DNA of 24,350 nucleotides from a virus. Its lineage: Duplodnaviria > Caudoviricetes. The stretch lies in IMG/VR virus record IMGVR_UViG_3300023081_000080, positions 1-24,350 of that record, one strand, 5' to 3'. Positions 9,120 to 17,618 of the stretch are shown here, piece by piece (the stretch's first letter is position 1; the number at the start of each line of letters is the position of its first letter). The position numbers and the translations under genes were made by a program. Under the pieces are notes generated by a model. It worked only from the letters and a program-made list of their open reading frames with translations, ran no database searches and was not told where the DNA came from.

Positions 9120-9811
9120 TTATAATATCCGGAGGCAATGAATTAAGATTCAACTCTCAAATCAATCATAAAAATTATGCTGATAATCAAGGAGTAGAGT
9201 ATAAAAATTATACAGGCATTCAATATGATCAAGGACTTATTAAGCGGCCTCATTATATTAAAATATATTCATTACTTGACGCATTGAAAACACACAACGA
9301 AGTTATGTGGATAGACGACGACGCATTTTTTGTTGATTTTGATTGGGATTTTCGAAAAATATTTGAAGTATCAGATAAGCCGTTTATACTTAACAAAGGA
9401 TGGTCAGTTAAAGCATACACTCCTATGTTTAATAGTGGCGTAATGTTTGTTCGAAAAAATAAAGAAGTAATTAAAATGCTTGAAGAAATTCCAAACATTC
9501 ATGTCGATGTATTAACAAAAGAATGGAAGCAAGAATGGGGTAGAGGGAAAGGAAATGATCAACCTAGATTAATTTATTTGTCTCAAACAAAGTACGGACA
9601 TTTATTCGACATGTTAGATAATAACAAATATAGATTTAATCAAAGACCTAGTCATGCTATGCATAGTAAAGCACACATAGTACATTTTGCCGGAGCAACA
9701 GATAAAAAGCAACCTGCTATCGACGACTTTGAAGCACGAATGAATATAGATTTGCTAAAACCTATTAAGATAGACGAAAAAGGCCGAAAGCCGAGATATT
9801 ATAATTTCTAA
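9116..9811 (+). CDS. Glycosyltransferase, GT34 (GMA12/MNN10)-like
   Basis: NHKNYA...G..Y, YIKI, VMWIDDDAFF (DxD), FNSGVMFVR, NDQ and IVHFAG. ATGA overlap with the upstream gene. Confidence 0.75.
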   Translation: MIIISGGNELRFNSQINHKNYADNQGVEYKNYTGIQYDQGLIKRPHYIKIYSLLDALKTHNEVMWIDDDAFFVDFDWDFRKIFEVSDKPFILNKGWSVKAYTPMFNSGVMFVRKNKEVIKMLEEIPNIHVDVLTKEWKQEWGRGKGNDQPRLIYLSQTKYGHLFDMLDNNKYRFNQRPSHAMHSKAHIVHFAGATDKKQPAIDDFEARMNIDLLKPIKIDEKGRKPRYYNF

Positions 9812-10734
9812 ACGTACTTTCGCATGTGTGACCAACATGCCCCGTTAGATAGTTCTTCCATATTCCAATGACTAGCACATAATTTCCATAACCATTTTTC
9901 TCTTTCTGGTCTATTTGGATTTTCAATTTGTGATAGATCTGTGTTTGCTAATTCACCTGCTTGGCAATGTTCTGGATCAGTAGCAAAGATTGGAACACCG
10001 TGTAGTAATGATGCAACGGTAGGACTTGAATTTTTTACAACCATTGCCCAACATTTGTTAAGATCTTCCGCTAAAGGTTTGTATTTAGGACTTACCGTTA
10101 CTTGGTATTGTTGAGCAAGTTGTTTACCTTGTTGTTCGTGCATCCGTGTTCCAGGATGTGTTCTAACAACAATAGGACGATCACTATATTGTCTTATAGT
10201 TCTAATAGTGTTAGATAACCAATTGATAACCGATTCTCCTCGCATACTCCAGCCGCCTTCGCGTTGTAAGCAAATTAAAATATGTTTACCTTTGTGCGAG
10301 TACGGAAGTAATTCTAAATTATAACTATTTTTAATCCTATCCCAATGCTCAGAAGTTTCCACATCTTTATTACAATAATCTCCTGTATTTGGAAATATAC
10401 CATCAAAACTAAAACGTAACATTTCTGTATTATTGTGTTCACTGCCTGTGGCAAAACTAAACATATTGCTATCAATAATAACACAGCGTTTAGGAGGTTT
10501 TGTATTTTGTTCTAATATTTGTTTTCTGAATTGTAAATGAGGTGCATTCTTACCTGCTTCGTGTACAAACCCTTGTAGTACTGCAACATCGCAATCTACA
10601 TAAGTCATTCCGTCATGTACAATACCTTGATCGCCTATGCAGTTTACTCCTTGAATAAACTTTTTAAGCATCTCAGGTTTAGCAGGATTTTTATTTCTTG
10701 CAGGAATTCCGCCTAAGAAACTTACAACTTTCAT
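9808..10734 (-). CDS. KpsC/KpsS-like GT-B glycosyltransferase-like protein, paralog 2
   Basis: HILICLQREGG, IRQYSDRPIVVRTHP, AMVVKNSSPTVASLLHGVPIF, IENPNRPEREKWL and ELSNGACW. Confidence 0.65.
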   Translation of the reverse strand: MKVVSFLGGIPARNKNPAKPEMLKKFIQGVNCIGDQGIVHDGMTYVDCDVAVLQGFVHEAGKNAPHLQFRKQILEQNTKPPKRCVIIDSNMFSFATGSEHNNTEMLRFSFDGIFPNTGDYCNKDVETSEHWDRIKNSYNLELLPYSHKGKHILICLQREGGWSMRGESVINWLSNTIRTIRQYSDRPIVVRTHPGTRMHEQQGKQLAQQYQVTVSPKYKPLAEDLNKCWAMVVKNSSPTVASLLHGVPIFATDPEHCQAGELANTDLSQIENPNRPEREKWLWKLCASHWNMEELSNGACWSHMRKYV

Positions 10735-11675
10735 TAGAGCATTCCCTTGACTTTATTCCAGAAATTTTCATTTGCTGTTATACATTCATCTAGTGCATCT
10801 GTATGTATTTCTGCCTCGTCAAGTGCTTCTAACCAGTCTCCACCTTTTGTTGTTTTTAATTCTACTTTATGTTTGAATCCATAAAATTTAGAACTCCATG
10901 GATTAGCAACTAATACTTTTTTACCTAATAGTGTTGCCCAGTATGCTCCGTGGTAACTATTAGTAACAACTGCGTGTGCAGAACCTAGCAACTCAATTGT
11001 TTGTTGTAAATTATTACCCGAATTAACAAATCGAGGTATTGGTTTATTTCCAAAGTCTGTTGACTTAATCAATTGTTTTTTGTGTTCGAATATAATAATA
11101 TCATTTGTTACATTATATTTTTTCTTAAATCCTGGATGCATACAACTAGCACAAGGAACCCATTCATAGTCTGGAAATACATCAAACCATTTATCACCCC
11201 AATGATCACGTATTCCGATTAGATCAAACCTTCTAAGTTCTTTTGGATATCTCGGAACGTCTGTTGTTCCTTGAACATTGTGACCTGTACCCCATACTAT
11301 TCTTGGAGCAGTTGATTCTGGAATTTGATCTTTTGCTTCATCTATCGCTTCTTTTAGTTTACCGTAAAACTTATCATATGCTACTTTGTTTTTAGGATTT
11401 TGTAGATACCATCGATGATCCCAGCAGTCTTCTATTTGTGCTCGATCAGGAGATCCAATCATAAATTTAATATTGTCTCCAAAATGTTCATTACCAAATA
11501 ATCCGCCACCACCATAAATTACGGGCAACTCATCTGAAAATGCTTTTTGTCCAACATGGTCAACGTCGACAACTTCGTATTCATCTTCCTTTAAAAAATA
11601 TTGTAAAGGATTAGAAGCCATGTCGCCTACATTATTTTGGTCTGTTCTATGTATTACAACTGCTTTTTTGCTCAT
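10734..11675 (-). CDS. Polysaccharide pyruvyltransferase family protein
   Basis: NNVGD, YGGGGL, VWGTG, IGIRD, VPC and VVTNSYHGAYWATLLGK match the motif order of PS_pyruv_trans. Confidence 0.78.
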   Translation of the reverse strand: MSKKAVVIHRTDQNNVGDMASNPLQYFLKEDEYEVVDVDHVGQKAFSDELPVIYGGGGLFGNEHFGDNIKFMIGSPDRAQIEDCWDHRWYLQNPKNKVAYDKFYGKLKEAIDEAKDQIPESTAPRIVWGTGHNVQGTTDVPRYPKELRRFDLIGIRDHWGDKWFDVFPDYEWVPCASCMHPGFKKKYNVTNDIIIFEHKKQLIKSTDFGNKPIPRFVNSGNNLQQTIELLGSAHAVVTNSYHGAYWATLLGKKVLVANPWSSKFYGFKHKVELKTTKGGDWLEALDEAEIHTDALDECITANENFWNKVKGML

Positions 11676-11692
11676 ATCATGTCCTGTGTATA

Positions 11693-11699
11693 TAATTAT
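11693..11699 (-). promoter_or_regulatory. Possible late-promoter variant (ATAATTA) upstream of the pyruvyltransferase
   Basis: Minus-strand ATAATTA, one mismatch to ATAAATA, overlaps the upstream stop and runs into a 20-nt gap containing an AGGA SD. Confidence 0.35.
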
Positions 11700-12427
11700 C
11701 TAGGAACTTCGAACCCATCTGCTTTTTTGACTTTACCTTTAAAATGGGTCATATACTCTGATAAAATGGTAAACTTAAAAATAGTATTATGTTTTCGATC
11801 TCCTAAATCCCTAAATTTAACTCCGTTATTTTCAAATTCGTTTACAACAGAACCAAAAACGTCACCGTCATAAAAACGTCTTAGTTTTTCGCCTTCGCCT
11901 GTTGTATAATATTCGCGATATCTATTAATAAAATTTTGAAATTCGGCGTGTTTTGTATTGATAACATAAAAGCCTGTTTCACCACATAGCACAGGATCGA
12001 TTTTTTCAATACCATCCTTTGTCTTTTTGTGATCGTAAACAACTGCCATATATGTTGCTAGAGTATCATTGGGACATAAATCCATTAAGAAGTTTTTTGG
12101 AACATCATTATATGTTATTACATCACTATCAACCCATATAACACGATCGGCATCGATTGTATTACACATTCTAAGCCACGAAAATGCTTTCATGCTAAAA
12201 ATTTTAATTCTTTTTTTGTATTCTGTTTTTTGAAAATTGTGGAAATCAATATCCAACTCGTCAAAAGAATGATAAACAACATTGTCATGATTGTTCATTG
12301 TAAAGTCTTCGGCAAACACATGGAGTTCAATATCTTTAGGCCAATGTGTTACAAAAGAATCTATGCTTTCTTTTCCTAATTTATCGTAATATTGTTTGTT
12401 CTGTGTTGTAACTGCAACTATTTTCAT
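11696..12427 (-). CDS. GT-A fold glycosyltransferase-like protein (DxD), paralog of 6398..7216
   Basis: AVTTQN..YY...G, HWP...L.VFAED, FSMKAF, VIWVDSDV, ETGFY, YDGDVF and HFKG.VK. Confidence 0.7.
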   Translation of the reverse strand: MKIVAVTTQNKQYYDKLGKESIDSFVTHWPKDIELHVFAEDFTMNNHDNVVYHSFDELDIDFHNFQKTEYKKRIKIFSMKAFSWLRMCNTIDADRVIWVDSDVITYNDVPKNFLMDLCPNDTLATYMAVVYDHKKTKDGIEKIDPVLCGETGFYVINTKHAEFQNFINRYREYYTTGEGEKLRRFYDGDVFGSVVNEFENNGVKFRDLGDRKHNTIFKFTILSEYMTHFKGKVKKADGFEVPR

Positions 12428-13203
12428 TGTGTTAAAATCCTGTGTGCTGTCCCATCTTTTAATTCATTTATATGGAATTGACCATATGCTAAATGGCATG
12501 CCCACTTATAAATCAAATCACTATCGGGGTAGATAGGATTTTCTATTGCTTCTAGTGTATGCGATGTTAAAGAAGAAGCCGCATTTTTTTCTAATGTAAA
12601 TGCAGGTATTCCGTATAATAATGCTTCTGTTGCCGCAATGCTTTGTAGTGTTACAACAGCGTATGCGTTATTAAATTCTTCGTATATTGACTTATTAACA
12701 CGTTCTTGACGCTTTGTCTTTTCTCTAATAACAATAGGCCTGTCGGTGTATTTTTTAAGTGTGCTAATAACTTTGTTACGCCACTCATCCATGTTAATAC
12801 CATAAAACTTTGCAGGCTTATCACTAGGCATAACAACAAGAATATTGCGTCCATCCTTTTTCCATTTTGGAATTTTATGTCTTAGTTTTTCCCAACGGTC
12901 TGCTGGTCTATCAACAATAGTGCTATGTTGTAAATCGTTTTTTACAATTCTATGAAACAACTTGTAACCATTAGGATTAATCGACGATTTGTAATTACCA
13001 ACATATCCACTATCCATATAGTAGAAATCTCGACCGTCTTCCCAACAGCGTTTCATTAATTTATGTTTAAGTATTCCTCTTAATGCAATTGGTTCATTGC
13101 TTGATTCATAATCAAATATTTTGTCTGATGTTGGACTAATACCAGCACCTTGAGCAAACATATTGATATATTCATCTGTTCCGTTCTTGCTTAGAAAAAT
13201 CAT
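12424..13203 (-). CDS. KpsC/KpsS-like GT-B glycosyltransferase-like protein, paralog 3
   Basis: YYMDSGY, NILVVMPS, LKKYTDRPIVIREK, AVVTLQSIAATEALLYGIPAF, IENPIYPD and LAYGQF...ELKDG. Confidence 0.62.
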   Translation of the reverse strand: MIFLSKNGTDEYINMFAQGAGISPTSDKIFDYESSNEPIALRGILKHKLMKRCWEDGRDFYYMDSGYVGNYKSSINPNGYKLFHRIVKNDLQHSTIVDRPADRWEKLRHKIPKWKKDGRNILVVMPSDKPAKFYGINMDEWRNKVISTLKKYTDRPIVIREKTKRQERVNKSIYEEFNNAYAVVTLQSIAATEALLYGIPAFTLEKNAASSLTSHTLEAIENPIYPDSDLIYKWACHLAYGQFHINELKDGTAHRILTQ

Positions 13204-13748
13204 TTTTTAACAAAAAATAGACCATGTTTACGCATGAAATATTTTCCCATGGTTGTATTTTTGCGTAGTTCTCTGGTTAGTTCGTCGTCATAACGAAATC
13301 CATATTCGTCAAATTTTTCGTGCCAGTACTCTGGTATTTGGCAGTTAACATGATGATTTCCTGGTTTGCCTGGAAGTGCATGAGTAGCAATTACATATTT
13401 TGCACTTTGAAATGCAGGCATATAATTAGGAATATATTTTTCATAGACGTGTTCTAAAAATTCAACACTCCACGCTAGGTCGTATTGTTTGGGAGGTTGA
13501 AAAACTCCCTCAGTAAAATCAAAATGTATTTGTAAATCATCTTTTAACACTCTCGGATCACCTTCTACACCAATGGCCTCTAATCCTTTAGAACGTGCTA
13601 ATTCTACTTGACATGCTTGACCGCACCCTACGTCAATCATGCTTTTAATATTAAATTTGTTAATGGCCCAATCTAACGATCCTTCATCAATCCAGCAACG
13701 TCCTTCGCCACCGCCTAGGTGTTCTGCAACTTCTATATTTTTGTCCAT
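13200..13748 (-). CDS. Class I SAM-dependent methyltransferase
   Basis: MIDVGCG.A, GVEG, YDLAWSVEFLEHV and PG.HHVNCQ..EYW. Start moved to the ATG at 13748 (AGGA SD upstream). Confidence 0.85.
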   Translation of the reverse strand: MDKNIEVAEHLGGGEGRCWIDEGSLDWAINKFNIKSMIDVGCGQACQVELARSKGLEAIGVEGDPRVLKDDLQIHFDFTEGVFQPPKQYDLAWSVEFLEHVYEKYIPNYMPAFQSAKYVIATHALPGKPGNHHVNCQIPEYWHEKFDEYGFRYDDELTRELRKNTTMGKYFMRKHGLFFVKK

Positions 13749-14428
13749 TTTTTTCCTGTCTTCGCGGCGGCTTGTAACCACAAGTCGGCATAGTCTACAT
13801 TTTGACAATTATTAAACCAAGGTCCGCCTTCTGTAAAGTGTACTGCTTTTGGTTTTCCGTCTCTTGGCTCTTTATACCATCCCTCTAACCAATTCCATTC
13901 ATGGCTGATCTTGCCAATCTCTTTATCCTTAAGCCAACTAAAGCGATGCATATACTTTCCTGTTTCTTTGTTAACCATGCTAGGAATAACTTGTGCATTG
14001 CTTGGATGACCGCAATTCCATAACACCATAGAACTCCAATTCTTTCTTGGATATAGCAACTGCTGTTTGCCGTCCATCTTAACACCTTCCTTAGGTGTAT
14101 AGTCATGATGAACACACATCACTGCATACTTGTCATCACGTTGTGCAAATAATTTATCAACATCATCTAACCAAAGAAAGTCGCAATCGCAAAACAATGC
14201 CCATCCTTTATAGTCCATTAGATAGGGAATAAGAAATCTTGTAAATGTAAATTCGGTTGAACCCAGGGTGTCGTCACCTCTTTTATAAATGTTTTTTTCT
14301 CTTAATTCATTAATTTTAAGATATCTAACATCAATAGGTTCTTCTGTTCGATGTTTTAGACTCCATTCACAAACGTCACTAGCAATAGGTTCTCTACTAT
14401 CATAACCTATGAATACGGTATTAGTCAT
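13733..14428 (-). CDS. GT8-like (GT-A) glycosyltransferase of the YPRKNWSS type
   Basis: VFIGYDSRE, STEFTFTRF, FCDCDFL (DxD), YPRKNWSS, WNWL.G.Y and KAVHFTEGGPW. The ATG at 14428 has a GGAG SD; alternative start 14440. Confidence 0.8.
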   Translation of the reverse strand: MTNTVFIGYDSREPIASDVCEWSLKHRTEEPIDVRYLKINELREKNIYKRGDDTLGSTEFTFTRFLIPYLMDYKGWALFCDCDFLWLDDVDKLFAQRDDKYAVMCVHHDYTPKEGVKMDGKQQLLYPRKNWSSMVLWNCGHPSNAQVIPSMVNKETGKYMHRFSWLKDKEIGKISHEWNWLEGWYKEPRDGKPKAVHFTEGGPWFNNCQNVDYADLWLQAAAKTGKKWTKI

Positions 14429-15218
14429 TTTGTTCTCCATAGTCGGAAGAAACGCCGACCCTTTCTATGTCATCTTCTATGCAGTTATCTCCATATTGTA
14501 TTTCCACAACTTTAAGTGGATAGTCACTTTCATTGCATAGTTGATGCCACTCTTTGTTTAATATGTGTAGTGACTCGAACTTGTTGTACTTACCACGTAA
14601 ATCCAAATCGGTTGACGAATCCAGAGTGTAAACGGTTGCTTCGCCCTCGCTTACAAACCAGTGTTCTGCACGATCTTTATGCCTTTGCATTGATAAACGC
14701 TGGCCTGGATTAACGGTTAATTCTTTAACTTTAACTTCTGATCCTACTTCAAACAATACTCTATAATATCCCCAAGGTCTTTGTGTTTTTGGATATTTGT
14801 AATCTTCTAATATCCAACTGCTTGAATTCTTTTTATCTTCGCCGCCCACACCAAATTCAAAGGATAAGTTTTGATCTGGATGTGACATTTCTGGAATATT
14901 GGTTGATGTTCTATCTCCACCGTTGGCAAAGATAATGTGTGCTTCTGGATATATTAATCTAGCATTGTTAATTGCTTCAAGTGCAGTATCATCGTTATCG
15001 TCGAACAAAAACATACCATCAACCATGTCAAGATGTTTAACAATTTGTATTCTTTCTGTGCTTGGCATAAAAGGTCTGCCCTTTTTACGTGTTAACCAGG
15101 CGTCGGAATTAACACCAACTAGAAGTTTATCTCCTAGTTTTTTTGCCGCTTTAAAATATTCGATATGACCGGAATGTAGTGGATCAAACCCACCGGTGAC
15201 TAGTACTATGGTTTCCAT
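14421..15218 (-). CDS. Fusion: cytidylyltransferase-like nucleotidyltransferase (TagD/RfaE-II type) + cupin (type II mannose-6-phosphate isomerase C-terminal-like)
   Basis: N-terminal half has TGGFDPLHSGH (HxGH), GVNSD, RKKGRPFM, ANGGDR and KKNSSS. C-terminal half has RPWGYY, VNPGQRLSMQRH..RAEHW and VEIQYG..C.EDDIER. Start at ATG 15218, 5 nt after ATAAATA. Confidence 0.85.
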   Translation of the reverse strand: METIVLVTGGFDPLHSGHIEYFKAAKKLGDKLLVGVNSDAWLTRKKGRPFMPSTERIQIVKHLDMVDGMFLFDDNDDTALEAINNARLIYPEAHIIFANGGDRTSTNIPEMSHPDQNLSFEFGVGGEDKKNSSSWILEDYKYPKTQRPWGYYRVLFEVGSEVKVKELTVNPGQRLSMQRHKDRAEHWFVSEGEATVYTLDSSTDLDLRGKYNKFESLHILNKEWHQLCNESDYPLKVVEIQYGDNCIEDDIERVGVSSDYGEQND

Positions 15219-15223
15219 AGTAA

Positions 15224-15230
15224 TATTTAT
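15224..15230 (-). promoter_or_regulatory. T4-late-type promoter ATAAATA, 5 nt before the ATG
   Basis: Minus strand reads ATAAATA-TTACT-ATG, with no SD sequence. Confidence 0.65.
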
Positions 15231-15673
15231 TTGTAGCAATCTGCCACAAGGTATTTGTTGAATTCTTTAATATTATAGTTTGAAAAGTGTTTAGATAATA
15301 TTGTATTAAATGACTCTTTATTATATACCCGTTGCCATCCATGATGTACTTTTGGTCCTTTGATGGCTAATACCATGATAATAAATCTATTACATGAATG
15401 TTTGATTCTGTTTAAAAAATTATTAGGATCATCCAAATATTCAAGTACACCTAATACTAGTCCTAGATCACCGGTTTCATGTATTTCAAATGTTACATCA
15501 TTAAAGTTAAGTTGAATGTCGCTTGTTGTTTCTTGATCAAACCCTATATATGATTTAAAATTAAAGTAGTTGCATATAGACTTATCACCACAACCAAAAT
15601 CTAAAACATTTAAGTTATCTATTTGATAATCTTTTAAGAAACGATTTCTGTCACTCCACACAGGTTCAGTCAA
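15227..15673 (-). CDS. Small class I SAM-dependent methyltransferase
   Basis: VLDFGCG, YIGFD and LGVLEYLDDP. TTG start with an AGGAG SD. Confidence 0.78.
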   Translation of the reverse strand: MTEPVWSDRNRFLKDYQIDNLNVLDFGCGDKSICNYFNFKSYIGFDQETTSDIQLNFNDVTFEIHETGDLGLVLGVLEYLDDPNNFLNRIKHSCNRFIIMVLAIKGPKVHHGWQRVYNKESFNTILSKHFSNYNIKEFNKYLVADCYK

Positions 15674-16589
15674 AGTAAACTCCTTTTAAATGTTCCCATG
15701 CAACACCGTTGTTTAATTCGTTACTATTCCAAATCATATATCCAGCATCATGACACCATTGTGTTCTATCAATGTTTATATTAGGGTTTTCAATATTTTC
15801 TAATTTGTTTTGATTACTAATATCCCAAACAATGCTTTCGTCGCTTAATGGAAAAGATGGTATTCCTTCGAATGTACTTTCTACTAGAGCATTGCTGTTA
15901 TATCCAACAACTGCCCAAGCATTTTTAAGATCGTGTTCTAATGACTCGCCTCCTTCCATTTTATTTCTTTGATGGAATACTTCGGATATTGAAACTTTGT
16001 TTTCTTTAGAAACAAATTGTTTAAAAGGAACTTTTGCTTTGTGAACATGCGGTCTTATTACAATAGGTCTGTCTGTATATTTTCTAATATTAGTAATTGT
16101 TTCGTCAATCCAATTGTAGTATGTGCCGTAATCGGCATACATTTTATTAAGAGTACTATCGCCACCTTTTTGTAGCAACAATAATATGTGTTCTCCTCTT
16201 AATCTCCAATCCTTTACTTCTAATTTTTGTAATTTTTTAATACGATTCCATCTATCCGGCGGACTATTTTTATTATTAAAATTGCCTTGTCGTAAAAAAT
16301 GTCCCCAACCTAATCTATAGTAATGATTTTCTAAATCACCAACAGGAAGTATATTTTTTCTAAATGGGTTACTTTCGCAAACTAGTGTAGGTTTATTTGC
16401 TTGGGTTATGTAATCGTATTCAGGAGCGGCTTTCGTTTTACTTTTTTTTACATTGATTTGAAAGAATGCGTCGGCAGATTCCTTTAATGGATCATCGTAA
16501 TCAATTATATGCCAATTAGGGATTTTAAAATCAACAGGAAAATATCTGTTAATAAATCCTCTGAAAGCAACTACTCTAGGGGGTGTCAT
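15666..16589 (-). CDS. KpsC/KpsS-like GT-B glycosyltransferase-like protein, paralog 4 (retains QxxxD)
   Basis: HILLLLQKGGDS, IRKYTDRPIVIRPH, AWAVVGYNSNALVESTFEGIPSF, DRTQW and ELNNGVAW. Confidence 0.68.
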   Translation of the reverse strand: MTPPRVVAFRGFINRYFPVDFKIPNWHIIDYDDPLKESADAFFQINVKKSKTKAAPEYDYITQANKPTLVCESNPFRKNILPVGDLENHYYRLGWGHFLRQGNFNNKNSPPDRWNRIKKLQKLEVKDWRLRGEHILLLLQKGGDSTLNKMYADYGTYYNWIDETITNIRKYTDRPIVIRPHVHKAKVPFKQFVSKENKVSISEVFHQRNKMEGGESLEHDLKNAWAVVGYNSNALVESTFEGIPSFPLSDESIVWDISNQNKLENIENPNINIDRTQWCHDAGYMIWNSNELNNGVAWEHLKGVYFD

Positions 16590-17170
16590 ATAAAAAACTT
16601 CCTGCGATAATATTTTAAATTTAGAATTAAACTACTAATGTGTATATTTACCGGAAGCCATCCTTGCCTAGTTGTAAAGTCTAATAACTTGTTCGCACCG
16701 TTTGGACTAATTAGATATGCTGATTGATTCTTTAATGAGTTTTCCAAAAAGTCGTTAAAATTTTCCCCGTGTTTTTTATTGGGTTTTAATTCTTCTAAAA
16801 TATTTTCAAAATCGTTTTCGCCGTCTGAAAAATTAATAACATCATCTAAAAAGTGAAGAATATTGTAAGGTATTGGTACTATTTGATAGGCATCGTCTTC
16901 AATAATTAGATAAGGTTTATTTTGTTCTGACGTTGCTTTCCATACTTTATGATGTGAATAATAACGAACAAATGTACTATCTGTTTTATCTTTGCTTTGT
17001 CTAAACGGGGAAATATGATTGTCCGCAGTGATGCTACCTACACGTTCTTCTGCGTTGTCTTGTATATATTGAATTTCTTTATAGCCAAACTCTTTACAGC
17101 GTTCGTAACATCGTGTGTAGTTTGTTGAGTTTTTATCTTTTGTAATTATACAAACGTTATATTGATGCAT
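16586..17170 (-). CDS. Glycosyltransferase family 25-like
   Basis: YSHHKVW...NKPYLIIEDDA and AYLISPNGA.KLL are GT25 signature segments. Confidence 0.75.
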   Translation of the reverse strand: MHQYNVCIITKDKNSTNYTRCYERCKEFGYKEIQYIQDNAEERVGSITADNHISPFRQSKDKTDSTFVRYYSHHKVWKATSEQNKPYLIIEDDAYQIVPIPYNILHFLDDVINFSDGENDFENILEELKPNKKHGENFNDFLENSLKNQSAYLISPNGANKLLDFTTRQGWLPVNIHISSLILNLKYYRRKFFI

Positions 17171-17615
17171 CTTCCATTCCTGCTACACGTAGTTTAGTGA
17201 TATTAGTTATCTGCCATTGTTTCATGTCAATGCCTTTTAAGATACCTAACCACTTGTTACGTAACAGGGCAAACTCGTTGATAATTTTTTCCATATCAAC
17301 CACGTCTGCTTCGCCATCGACATACTTTTCTACATCGCGGCTACTTAATGCTCTTTGATAATTTTCTAAATATTGTTTGAAGAATTTTGATTTCATTCTT
17401 CGAAGTTCGATGTTAAGGTATTCTAGAATCGCCTCAATTTCCTGTAATTGCCCGAAACGCTTTTCAACAACGCCTGGAAGCGATGCCGCATTCTTTTCAA
17501 GATTGCCTTTTAAAGCACACTCAATTTTTGCGTCAGTTAACTCATTCTCATACCAAACAATACAATCAGGTACGTTTGCTATGTCTTGAGAGATTCTAGA
17601 ATACCAATTAATCAT
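17157..17615 (-). CDS. uvsY: UvsY-like recombination mediator protein
   Basis: All-helical 152-aa protein with Y...LSSRDVEKYVDGEADV and a C-terminal KQWQITNITKLR.AG, located downstream of uvsX. Confidence 0.72.
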   Translation of the reverse strand: MINWYSRISQDIANVPDCIVWYENELTDAKIECALKGNLEKNAASLPGVVEKRFGQLQEIEAILEYLNIELRRMKSKFFKQYLENYQRALSSRDVEKYVDGEADVVDMEKIINEFALLRNKWLGILKGIDMKQWQITNITKLRVAGMEDASI

Positions 17616-17618
17616 CTA

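Noticed and set aside
3763-17170. Bacterial capsule/LPS locus from a host chromosome or a chimeric assembly
   Set aside because: The island overlaps uvsY, carries the same ATAAATA boxes as terL, is flanked by T4-type core genes on both sides and lacks bacterial export genes.
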